Source of the DNA: Daphnia carinata
Taxonomy: Eukaryota
DNA length: 64,000 bases
Direction of reading: 5' to 3'
Assembly (NCBI RefSeq): GCF_022539665.2
Contig: NC_081333.1
Location: forward strand, 11,470,001-11,534,000
The position numbers and the translations under genes were made by a program. The notes below the pieces were generated by a model. It had not been told where the DNA came from. It did not search any database and saw only the letters and a program-made list of their open reading frames with translations. Below are positions 14,497 through 26,860 of the stretch, piece after piece (the first letter of the stretch is position 1; every line of letters starts with the position of its first letter).

Positions 14497-16642
14497 AATG
14501 GGAGCGTCGAACTCAATTTGACTGAGTGGCTGCTAACGACCAACTCCAATAATAATATGACCAGTGATGAGCAAGACACGGCACTAGATCTTGCTGCATC
14601 GCTACTTGTTGGTAAGTCTGTATGTTTCTTTAATCATGAACGTATTGATTTAAATGGCATCCATATACCAACCACGTTCGTCGTACTGTTCTTTTGCACG
14701 ATAAAGAACGTTGGCAAGTGTCCCTATTCGTTATGTATACACAGTGTCCCGTAAAAAAAAATTAACGTGACTATGTCTGCTGATAAAAAGGTGTGTTATT
14801 ACAATAGGTATCTTCTTGGCTGTGATTATCTTCTTGTCGGTGGCCGGCAATTTACTAGTCTGCATCGCTGTTTACACCGATCGGTAGTGTGCATATTGAC
14901 TGAACAATTTTTGTAATATCGATTGAGTTTCTAATGATTTCAGGACGTTGCGCAAAGTGGGCAACCTCTTTATCGTTTCGCTGGCCATCAGCGACCTGTT
15001 TGTGGCCTGTCTGGTGATGGTCTTCGCCGTCGCCAACGACCTCCAAGGATTCTGGGTTTTTGGCGATCAATTTTGTGACATTTGGGTCGCGTTCGACGTC
15101 ATGTGCTGCACCGCCTCCATTCTCAATCTATGCGCCATCTCCATGGACCGGTACGATTTACGTTATATGCAACCCGTAGAGTGTATAGTTAAAAAAAAAA
15201 AAACTTCAGAGGCTTTTGGTGTATGCTATCCACCCGTCACGAGAGTCTAGCAACGGCTTCTTGACCTTTCTTAACTAATTAGTCACATCAATCCCTTCTA
15301 ATTAAATCCACCCACCTTTTGCAGATACATCCACATCAAGGATCCGCTACGTTACGGTCGCTGGATGACTAAACGAGTCATTTACAGTTCAATCGCAGCT
15401 ATTTGGCTGTTGGCAGCGCTGATTTCATTCCTGCCTATTTCGATGGATCTTCACAGACCCGTGCAAGAAATGACATTACAGCTGGACGATCAGCCGTTAG
15501 AATCAGCGTTTGACGAAGAGTTGGGCATCTTGTCGAACGACAACACGCCAGCCGACGCTTACACGGTAACGAAAATGGGCAATGAAAATGAAGAATCAGC
15601 TGATAACGATGGATTAAACAATCCACCGGTACTTACGATAGCGTCATCATCACATCAATGCGCATTGGATTTAACGCCGACCTACGCCGTTGTATCTTCT
15701 TGCATCAGTTTCTATTTGCCGTGTTTGGTTATGTTGGCCATTTACTCGCGACTTTATTTCTACGCCAAAATGCACGTGCAAAATATTAAAGCTGTCACGC
15801 GACCCGTCATTCTTCTCGGACGTTTCGAACCAGAAGCCAACGATTCCGGTGCATCGGATCCAGCGCATCCACAAGAGGAAAAATCGAAAAAGAAGAAGAA
15901 GAGGAGACATTATCAGTCACCCACTCCACCAGGGACGAGTGCATCGTCAACGACTGGGCAAAATAGTTACCACGTTTCCGACCATAAAGCGGCCATCACG
16001 CTGGGCATCATCATGGGAGTCTTTCTCATCTGCTGGGTCCCCTTCTTTTGCATCAACATCGTCGCCGCTTTCTGCAAGACCTGCATCCCGCCCATCGTTT
16101 TCAAAATACTCACCTGGCTCGGCTACTCCAACAGCGCCTTCAATCCCATCATTTACTCCATTTTCAATCTCGACTTCCGGCTGGCCTTTCAGAAAATCCT
16201 CACCGTCAAGACGAGATCCTTCTGTTGTCACCGGTTCGCCGATATCTACGAATCACGCTCCAGAGGTAATTCGGGACAGAACGGCGGTGCGGCCATACAG
16301 GGATCATCCAATCAAATGCATCCGCAGCTCAGCATGGATCACTTGAGGTCGAATCAGGAACAGCTGTTGAGTAACGGCCATCATCAAATGCAACAGCAGG
16401 CCGGTCAGCAGACGGCCGTTACGGATAGTGAAGAAGAGCATCGCCTTGGACGGCCATGTTGCGAACAGGATGATGTCGATGCGCCTTGCACCAGCGTGCT
16501 GGTAGTCTCCACGTCTTCAGGGCACATCATCAGCTCCAATAATCTGATGAAACCTCATCACCACATTCGAAGGACTTCCAATAGTGCGACTCATCGGAAA
16601 GACTCCGGCCAGCATTTGCTCGTCGCCGAGAAAGTCGTCTGA
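14497..16642 (+). CDS. Dop1R1: D1-like dopamine receptor (class A GPCR); exons 14497-14611, 14808-14883, 14944-15150, 15325-16642; start codon lies in an upstream exon
   Basis: Spliced protein has [24 protein letters not shown]3 [26 protein letters not shown]5 [31 protein letters not shown] and NSAFNPIIY, matching arthropod DOP1; N-terminal NGS/NLT sequons. Confidence 0.93.
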
Positions 16643-19600
16643 TTTTATTACAACTTAAAATGCTCTTTTTTTTCCCCGTTTTCATTTGTGAATAATTTCG
16701 CACAAGACTCATATGATACCTTAACGGCTTATGATGTGTTATTTAGTGTATACCGTTCGGGATTCTCCGACCGAGTCGAATCCTAGTCTTTTACACACAA
16801 CACACCTGTACATGTAATAAAGAAAATTGTTGTATAATTCCAAATTACCAGAAATTTAAATGACACAGTATAAATAAACATATATTTAAATAAATCTATT
16901 TTAGGCCTAATGTGTATAAGAGGAAATAAATATCTTGTTGTTCTGACGCCATCGTCATCAACGACGATCCAATGTCGTGTCGAATAATCATTCGTCTGTT
17001 TTTTTTTCAGCTTTTTATTTGTACGAATACACGTAAAATGATCCCTTTAAAAAAAAACTTGTTAGTAAAGTTATATGCAGGTAATTCATATCGAGATCAC
17101 GTCACACCTTTGGCGGAAAGCATCAAAAAGGTTTCCCTCTAACTGGATCGATCACGCTCGGCAGTCCTTCAAAAAACTATTTTGCGTCACGATTTCTCAC
17201 ATTTTGAATGCGTGAAAAGGCTTATTTCTGTATAAAACTGCACAATCATCAAATTCATCCGCAATCAGATTGAAGCGATCGAACATTCGATCAAAAAACG
17301 ACGCCATGTTTTAAAGGAAAAAAGCGCGATAATTCATTGCCCCGAACCTAGGAATACGACATGCAATTCGTACAAACTCTAGCGTAGGTAGTAAACAGCT
17401 TAAAGAATAGTCGATGGATTAACTTTGACTCGACGAGATGTGGGTTTTAAAACAACGAAACCCCTCGCGTTTCTTGCAAGAATATTTTCGGGTTGTTGAA
17501 TAAAAACAACTTAGAGAGAGCTCTAGGCCACTGAGTGAAATTCAACAGCTGTTCATACGTGAATAGTTATATAACGCTGTCTCCATTCTTATAACGCCAT
17601 CCCCCATCTTCCATATATATTGCAGGCTTTTTTTTCCTTCGTTTCCAAAAGGGGGAAAAGAGTTTCTAAATAAAAGAAGACACAAGTGGAGTATAAAGAT
17701 TTAAAAAAAGGAAGGGAAAACGGCCTTATATATATTATCGATTATATGGTCGATTGTACGTTTTGTTCGGCATGGAGGCAGCAAACATCAAAGAGAAGAG
17801 ACGGCAAACAGAACAAGCTAACGCGGCAGAAAAACGATAAAAGTTTAATCTTGAAAATCAGAAGCAATTGTGCTGGCTGAACTACTTCAACGTGCGTTCA
17901 CCGACTTAACAATTCAAAGATTACGAATGAATACGTCATTATTACCATATGCCATTAAACAGTAATTATACTCATTGTAATATATTTGTACCTTCTGACA
18001 CTGATGTCCACTACGAACCTTTTCCCCCGTGTTGTTTGCACTAGTCGTTATTCTTCTAAAGATCGAGATTACGATTATAAGAAAGAGGCGTCAGGTTCAT
18101 CATCTATTAAAACTCTTTCCTTGTGATTAGGTACACGACAAAAGCAGATGCTGCAGCCTTCTGACTCTGTTTGATCCGAAAAATCGAAAGAGCAAAGTGT
18201 AGGATGTAAAAACGTCTTTGTCTTCTCGATCCAAAAGCGTCGAAAACAAAAGAAACGTAAGAAATCTCCAAGTGAGCCTTACGTCTAGTATTTTTTTGTT
18301 TTTATACTATAGAAGGCTCTGTATTTGGGTCAGTGTTGCAGGCAACTCTCCATAGCGTGCTGCGTGTATAATGAAGAATATATTCCTAGTGCCTGACAAA
18401 AGCTTCAAACGGATAATGAGCGCCGTGTCGTGCAGAGCCAACGTAACAGACGACCCATTAAAGAAGAAAACTAGGTCTTTGAACTCTTTTGTAGAAAGTT
18501 TCGACCTGAAACTCACGGCACCATATCGGGCAGCATCTTTTTGCGCTCACGTAACGCACACCTGTTCTCCTTCTACTTGGAAAGATTCAGCTGCACCCCA
18601 GATTACTATTACCTCTTATGTAAAACTCTCTAGTTGATTGTAAATTCACGTCGGTCTCTATAAACAGTGATGCGGACCTGACTCATTCGATTTTGTTCAA
18701 ACAAAGGAAGAACCTGCACACCAACGGTTTCATCGGTTACACAAGAGTTGGGCAATTGCATTGCGCAGCGAGTATCGATTATGGCCAAGAGAAGTTCCTT
18801 GTTCATCAAGTGTATATAGTACTCACTTTGTGCTGTAATTACAGAGACGATGGAATTACATCGCATCAGGTAAACCAAGTCTTGATGAGCTAGATCATCT
18901 TTTGCAAAGATAGATTGGCCATCGCGTCTTGAATATCAAAAGGTTTGTATATCGGTTTCCGTATGGGTGTCATTATCGTGTCTTGCGGGATACATCAGCT
19001 TGTGTAGTTTCAATTATGTATCTTGGGAGATTTTACATTACCAACAGATGACATCCTTACTGGCAGTTGTACGCCATATTTTCTATATTATTGTCATCGC
19101 GACGTCGCTCACATGCGGTCCACTCTTTAGTATCCGCACGGAGCTAATTCGTACGGAAGCGTACAGGCAAAAACCCAGCTACATAATAATTTATTCCTTC
19201 CAAAAAAGCTATTAAGAAAGCCTTTTTAAAGGGCTTTGTCATTATGCGAAAACGCTGTGCATCGTTTGCGATTGATGGCAAACAGAACTTTTTGTTATTA
19301 TGTAGACTCATCAAGCTGCTCATTCTTCATCCGTCATCGATTTTTTGTGTGCCAAGAGATAAAAAGAATTGTGTCTATGCATCCAGGCTCTATTTTTGCA
19401 TAGTAGACCTGAATAACTCTCTTTGGCCTGGCGTATATATCGCCATATAATATGCTCTCTCTGCCATTTTACCTTTTAGCTCAGAACAATAGAGTTTTGT
19501 GATCCGTTCTTCAAACAAGACGTTCCGCAAATAACAGGCAAACTATTCGCATGGATTAGTGATTTTCCATCGCCGGAAAGCCGAGCATTATTTCCTTCAT

Positions 19601-21686
19601 TAAAGGCAAATGACTTTCCATGGGCCCCCCGTCTATTTTCCATGAAATTGCAGCAATGTTTGTGTGATGAGCACCTCAATATCAACATAAAGCGGAATAG
19701 GCAAACAAGACCGAAATCTGTTACCAAGACATTCTAAAAATCTTTGCTGGTTTTAACTTCATTTTAAGCTGTTAACAATAATGCAGTAACGAAAGTATGC
19801 CGCCAACGCCGCTATGGCCTGTGATCTTTTTTATGTCAGGTTGTTTGCCCAAAGGTTTTCCCCCCGCCATACTTGATCAACGTACAATGTGTACATAGGT
19901 GAAACGAACGAAGAATGAACGTATTGCCCCTCATGGTATGGCTGGCCGTTTTCTATTATTGAAATCAAAAGCAAGAAGATGAAAGAAAGTCCTGAAAATC
20001 TAATCATACCCTCGTAACAGGCATACGCTTCTCTATAGGCGAAAATGATTGTGCTTTTGCGTGTGATACTGCCATATTCTTGCCTTTTTGAATCGGATCA
20101 CATCACATTAATAACAGTGGCTACCAATAGTGAGATTGTATGTCGGCCAGTTTTTTTTTATAAGAGAGAAAACTAAATAAGGGGTCAGGTGGAGGAAAGC
20201 GGAAATGAATGTCGAATGCGATGTGTGGCAGAGAGGATAACTGGAGAACGAAAGACAGAAATGATAATAATAAGGAGAAATCCGGGGTCATTCCACGTCA
20301 CTTGAATACCAAAAAATTGACATGACGAAGACGACCAATGAAGTCCTCAATTTCAACCCGGCATCCTTTGTCTCGACAGACTTTCTAAAATTATCCACCG
20401 GTAAAACACGAAATATTAACGCTTTAAACATGACGGAGAAATTGAGTTTGTGAAAGGTAGCGGAATTCATTGATTTCACGCCCTATCTCGTCCGAATTTG
20501 AATACAACTTCATTTTGAAGAATAGAGACGGAAATCGCTAATGCCACCAAACTAGAAATCACTGGAATTCGTTTACTAGGCAATACTTTAATAACAAAAT
20601 TTGATCGCCGCCTCTTCCTTCCTTTTTTTTTGTTGAGAATCCATTCAATATAGCAGCCGTAATGCGTCCCCACATGATTTGGTACCACAAAGTCCCCACG
20701 CGGAATGGGAAATTTAACCTGTCTAATCGATCGGTGTTATAGAGGGGGAATCATTAGAAAATAAAATGCGTTACTATGCGCATACAGAGCTAATATGTAA
20801 AAAAGTTAAAATGGTAGTCGGAAGCGCTCGATAGCGTCGGAAATGAAAATTTCAAAGCAATTCTTCTTTTTTTCATCACTAAACATCAATAGTCAATGCA
20901 AAACTACATAACATTTTTCGTATAATCGAAGCCGTTATACGACAGTGGGAGTTCTAGGCTTCCGCGTCTTTCTCAGTTCTGGCCGGCCCTAGTTCAATCC
21001 CGAACCCTGCCTCCCGTTGTTTCGCGTGATATGAATTTCCTTTCCCTAGTGACCCGACGTCAATAGTAAGAGATACAAGTGTAGAATGTGATTGGCATCG
21101 TTGTTTTGTATCTGTCCGCCACCGTGTGTGTATACGAAAGGAAAGAAAAACGAAAGAAAAAAAGGAAGAGAAGAAAGAGAGATATCCGGCCTGATCCGGA
21201 AGCTAACAGACACTATACACCTTATAGAAAGCTGGTTATTATTATAAGGACCTTAAATACATTGAGGTCGTCCAGACTTTTTATTTTTTATTCTCAGCAT
21301 AGCCAACCAGGAAACCAGATAAATACGACCGTCGTCCATCGGCCGGTTAATCACTGCATCACCATCGTTGCTGGCGTTCGTAAAGCTCCTCGCATTTTCT
21401 CGTGTGTTAGTGGTCTATTCCTATCGCTTGTATTCATCAGTGATTTGCTATAAATATATAGTACGTTACCGTCTCTTCCATTTGATCCATAACTTCGTAC
21501 CCGCACGTCCAGCACAGACAACGTAAGTCTCAATTAAGAGATAGGATATCTTCTTCCCAATCTTTGTTTATGCTGTTTATTTACAGTGATCAGACATCGT
21601 TTCTGGAATTCACTTTCATCATATCGATTTTTTTTTCTTTTTTCTGTTTTTTTTTAAATGCTGGGACGTGGAATAATAACACCAGA

Positions 21687-22449
21687 ATGAAGACCGTATA
21701 CTTGGCAGCGATAACGATGGTGCTAGTCATGCTGTCATCCACTTGCAGAGCGGATGATGATGTTATTGATGCAGTAGCCATTTCGGAAAGAAAGTACATC
21801 GGGGCCGACTCCATGTCCCTGTTGCATAAACTATCGTCGGGAACGGTCAAAGGGTTCAACGCCACCAGTAGAGACCGTTCGTCTCGACAGAAGCCTTCCG
21901 TGGTAATACAATTGCGCTCCAAAACAAATGACCCTCTTCTTGACTTTTGTTTGTATTCAAAAAGTGGCCCGAACTCATTTCCCGTTTGCCCGTCTCCGGA
22001 CTCTTCGACTTTGGAGCCAAAGCGCTCAACATTGCGCGCTTCTGGCCAGCCGGATTGGCTTCTCTGGTCGTCGGCACGGCTCCGACAACCGGCGCCGTTG
22101 TTGGTGTTGTGGCCATATCTATCTTCATTATCGTCATTTGGCTCGTCATTTACAGTAAAGGAGCTCTACAACAAACAGAAATTAACAGCCATACTAATCC
22201 ATCTTTGTTAATTTTTGCCCTGCGTCTATAGGTATTGGAGTGTTGCCTGTCGGAGCAGCGCTGTTGGGCCGGCAAGACTTTGGTATGGATTCACCGTATG
22301 CTGGCCACCCAGGAATGATGCTTCCTCAAATGGCTCAACAACCATTTCAAGGACCTTATCCGTACAACCAACGATTCCAGCGGAGCCTGGCTGATGCCAG
22401 TCGATCTGTTATGGATGCCATTGGTCAATTCGAATCGAAAAACCAATAA
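21687..22449 (+). CDS. Uncharacterised signal-peptide plus single-TM protein, module A; exons 21687-21902, 21965-22154, 22232-22449
   Basis: MKTVYLAAITMVLVMLSSTCRA signal peptide, RSSR site, WPE motif, TM VVGVVAISIFIIVIWLVIY, LLGRQ, C-terminal helix RSLADASRSVMDAIGQF; introns in phase 0 and 1 with canonical ends. Confidence 0.8.
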
Positions 22450-25400
22450 AAGAAACATGATCGATTGTTTACGATTTTTTGGTTTTTCAAATTGTTGCAG
22501 TTTGCTCCATCTGTGTGTCTCGCCTATTTTATTATTCCGCCCCCCCCCCCATGAAAACTTGTGAGATCGGGAATGTTTCTTGAGTTGCCCGTATGAGGTT
22601 CTATTCTTTATTTATTTCCTGCGCACTAACAAACGCAAAGGTGTACATTACCTATGCATATATTTACATAAATATAGAAGAATACAAATTTCATTTGTAA
22701 ATTGACTGCCTCACAGCTTAATCGTATTGGAATTAAAAGGGAAGATGATCGATTTGTAAAAAGACACGTCGTCGGATGGCGTGGCAACGGAAGGAAATAA
22801 AGAGGCACTCATCGGTACCAAGTTGGGTGACAGCATTTTTCATTCATGGAATCACACAGTAGGTAGAAAAAAGAGTTCCAATCGCAACTGTGCATAAGTC
22901 AAGATTAAAAACTTCGATTTTTTTGCCTTTCTTTCAACGTAAGCTGCGAGAGCCCGGTATAAAACTTTTCGCGTCGCAAGGGACAAATAAATGTGTAGGT
23001 GGTGTTGGTCTGAAGATTCGATGCAACTAAACACAGCCAGCGTATTTTTAGCGTTCCCATATGGATAATTCAAATGTTCTTAGTAATTTCATGGGATTAT
23101 AATGCATTTTATTGAGCCAACATTGATCCTTGTTAATATTAAGGCTGCGGTTTCCCGAACTGAATGTTTCTTTAACGAACTTCTAAACGTCTGTAAACTC
23201 CCCCCTCCAAAAAAATAGATTACGTAGAGTTTAAAGCAAACGGCAAATCCATTCTTTTTCTTGCGAGTTTTCCGACGTAACCTTTCTCACTCGAATAGAA
23301 ACCACACCAGCGTTTGCAAACGGTCGCATTTACAACGACGTAACGGGATAATGGACGGTACATTGGACGCATCGTGAATACGTAATTTATGTCAACGTCA
23401 CCGAGTCCTAGAAAAGAAAAACACGCATAGGCTGTTTGACGGCGCATCGTACAACATCAACAATTGATTTTTAGGTGCGACGTAAAATTCAATCAACTCT
23501 TTGTTTCTCAATTCCCCAGAATGATATGGCCTTTCCAAATAGATCAAGTACAATCGTAAATTCCTCGGGGATAAAGGAAGAGCCTCTCCCCTACAACCCA
23601 AATATTCAGCTGATACACATTCAAAGGCTTTATCGTGAGATTGTACGACTATCTCATGTATAGAAGAAAGAGAATATAGAAGAATCGCATAAAGTTCTAT
23701 ATGTGATTGCTTGAATAGCAAAAAAAAAAAATGCAGAACAATTCCTTTTTCCAATTTCCTATGCAATCCCCAAATCTAGTGGCTTCTGTATCACCCTGAC
23801 TTTTATGTTTCAGTTGTTGGCTTGTACGCAAAAATCCAACTAAACACAGTAGTATATTCTTTGAAGTTATACCCGAGCGTGTAAACGTCGTGGTTCATCA
23901 ATGGCTTTTTCTTTTTATCGTTCACGGTTTTTTTTCTCCACATACTTCCTATATCGATCAGTGTGACCCGTCAATTGTGCGTGCAACACCAAGCAAAGAA
24001 TGTGCCCTCAAATCTTATTTGGTTGGTCAACGGCCTCCCGAAACAGGGTCACAGACGTCGAAACAAATACCTTACAATGTCTTAATCCAATATATGAGAC
24101 ACAAGTTTTATTTCGAAACCCCGATTCCAACTTAATGAACTCCGACACGCTGCAGAGTTGCGTGTTGTTTTACATTAAGCCAGCGAAGACAGTGATCTTT
24201 TTTTTTTTTTTTGATTCCCTATAGTGCTCTACATCTTGTCTGTGTCATTCCCGGAAAAAAAAGAAAACTTCCGGACGCACAAGTTCTTATCAACTGGGAA
24301 CGTGTGACATTTCATTGTTGAACGGGGAAGTTGGAGAATATAAGAAATAGCTTTGTCGGACATAGACCGATGACGTTATTTGGTTGCAAAGTAAAAGGGC
24401 TCGGTGCCAATACAACCTGTGCAATGATTCTGCGGAACACCCACGGAACAAAGACGCAAGAATGTTTTTGTTGTTTGTTATTCGCCATTCATCAAGCGAC
24501 GTACGGGGGACGACAAGCTCACGATCGTACGTCATCGTGAAAGAAAGAGACAAAAGAATAAAAAAGAATCCTAGTTCCGGTTTTCTGATCGATCTTTCAC
24601 ACACACTTCCTTTGCTTTCAATTCATAAATCTATTTTGTTCTCCGTATTACTTGTTCGACCGTGAAAATCGGAACGCGGGAGCCTCTTCTAAAGTTGTTT
24701 GACAGACGGTCCGATATGACGTGAAACGTATTTCATATATTGCACAAGAGAAGACCGTACACATCCGGTCTGTTTACTTCCATCGTCTTGCGTACACGAC
24801 AAGCTGAGTTTGTCCCGTTTAAAAGAAAGAAAAAAATGGAAAAGAATCAGATAAATACCACTGTCGCAATATATCCAACTCTCAGTTGAAGTGTCACTAG
24901 CCATCCAGCTGTACGTCCGGTTGTCTGCGTTTTATTGGTATAGACACACAGCGTGACCAGTTTCCAATCAATCACGTACCACGCAATCTATCTCACTTAC
25001 GTGCAGATTTGAGGTTGGGAAGTGTCGTTTTTTTTTTGTTGCTTTTGACTGTGATTGCATTTCTTTCATTTCCTTTTGATCTCTTCCATAATGAAACATG
25101 GGTGTGATTGTAAATAATACGCTACAATCATTGACGAAAGGCGTACACACGTATCGTGCTCAAAACGGAATGTCGAGATACATGTGAAGAAGGGCTTTCT
25201 GAACTCTGATGGAAATCATATTTCTTTTTGTTGAAGATGTGCCGGGTTTTAGGGATTGTGAACCGTGCGAAACGTCGCATCTGGCACGTCAAACGAAGCC
25301 CTTCTCAAATTGAAAAGGTTTCAGCGTACGCTGAAGAATTGCGTTGTTTCTGCTGTCCGCATCAAATAATGAAACTGATCCTCTTTGCCTTTATTTACAT

Positions 25401-25488
25401 GATTTCCTTTTCTCAATGATACTTTATTGGTTTTTTGTTTGTCTCAAGAAGCCGATAGGTCATTAAGAACGAGAAGGAAAACATCACC

Positions 25489-26171
25489 ATGAGAACGATT
25501 TTAATTTGCTACTCAGTTTGCGTCCTGGCTACCCTGTTTACCAGCCTCGATGCTACCCAGATCCCGGATGCAGGATTAAGGGTAGTAATATTTACATAAA
25601 CTTACCGACGATGGGATGGTATCATTAACATGTTTTTCCTCGGCTTTGCTCAAAATCAGGTAAATATCAACAAGACGCCGTCACTGTTCGGACGTCGCGG
25701 TGGATCCGAATGGCCGGAATACTCGAGAATGACGACCAAGAAAGCTAAGAGCTTGAACCTGTCGTCGGTTGTGGACAAAATTACCAAGTACATATCGAAT
25801 TACGCATCCAGCTCGGCCAGCTGGCTCACGTATCCTTATTATGGTATTTCCACCGGAGTAGCGTCCATGATCGTCCTCTTTGTCGTCATCTACATTCTCA
25901 TCGTCGGTCAGTTATTAAGAGTCAATAAGAATTCGGTCTCATATACTTTGTGCATATAATGCCATGTTTGCATCGTTTTCGTACATATATGTTCTATCAT
26001 TCAGTGAGTGGATCTGTGGTGACTACAACGGGCAGGAATTTGGCTGATCGTATGGGCGTGGATCCGGAAGAGCTGGATCGACTTACTGGCGTAATCACAA
26101 CAGCCTTCAATCAAATGTCGGAGAAACTGAGCAGACACGGCAGATCAGCCGATTCGGTTGGTCAACAATAA
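25489..26171 (+). CDS. Uncharacterised signal-peptide plus single-TM protein, module B; exons 25489-25581, 25660-25906, 26005-26171
   Basis: MRTILICYSVCVLATLFTSLDA signal, FGRR..WPE, TM VASMIVLFVVIYILIVV, TGRNL, LDRLTGVITTAF helix; same intron phases as module A. Confidence 0.8.
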
Positions 26172-26353
26172 ACTATTTCAAATACGATTACGTATTTATT
26201 AACCAGGTTTTAATACAGTTTTAGCTTTTAACGGTATATTCGTTAGTTAGAACAACAGCTCTGTTTCCGTGTACATCTACATTTTTATATTCTTAATAAA
26301 CAATCGAAAGAAAACAATTTGAAAAAAGGCTTTTTTCCAATTTTCTTTTTCAG

Positions 26354-26860
26354 CAGCCCAAGGATCAAGAAAATGCCCGCTTTAAAGTGACCGGAAGCGG
26401 TGGTCCCAGTTGGAGTTCATCGATTACGCAGTACGACAGCGTCAGCGATTACATTTCCGCCAACTTGTACGACAAACTTATCTGGTTGTCTAAACCTTAC
26501 GCCGGCTACATTCTATCGATGGGAGCCGTCATACTCTACATGGTTGTCATCGTCATCATTGCAATGAGTAATTTAGAGATATGCGCACACATTACGTAGA
26601 GTTAGACGTCCAATCCATGTCCTTAACGAGCTGCAGATTATTACCTTTCTTTCTTTTTCGCAAGCTTAACAAATGTCTTGTCTCTCGATGTATTTTCAAC
26701 AGCAAGTGGCGTCTTTCCGATAAGTACCCTTGGACGACAGTTGCACGATTCTCGACTACAATTAAATGAGGACGCTAATCTAGCCCGAACGGCTGGATTC
26801 GTCATGGAAGCTATCAACTTGTGGATGGATGCGAGACACAATAGTTTGAAAGAAGACTAG
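26354..26860 (+). CDS. Module C of the same single-TM family, lacking its own start or signal exon; exons 26354-26567, 26703-26860
   Basis: Strong acceptor ttttctttttcAG, QPKDQENARFKV..W.., TM ILSMGAVILYMVVIVIIAM, phase-1 intron, LGRQL, LARTAGFVMEAI helix, TAG stop. Confidence 0.72.

Noticed and set aside
15690..16346. 218-aa alternative-frame ORF and antisense ORFs over the dopamine receptor
   Set aside because: Shadow ORFs of a GC-richer coding exon
16640..16680. Possible stop-codon readthrough of the dopamine receptor TGA
   Set aside because: Context is TGA-T, not TGA-C, and the downstream sequence is T-rich UTR-like
16754..16787. Small hairpin followed by CTAG-T resembling a Helitron 3' end
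   Set aside because: Stem is very short, no matching 5' end, and it lies in the receptor 3' UTR
18307..19727. Several 60-90 aa ORFs on both strands
   Set aside because: No domain motif or splice-consistent model; a decayed gene cannot be excluded without a search
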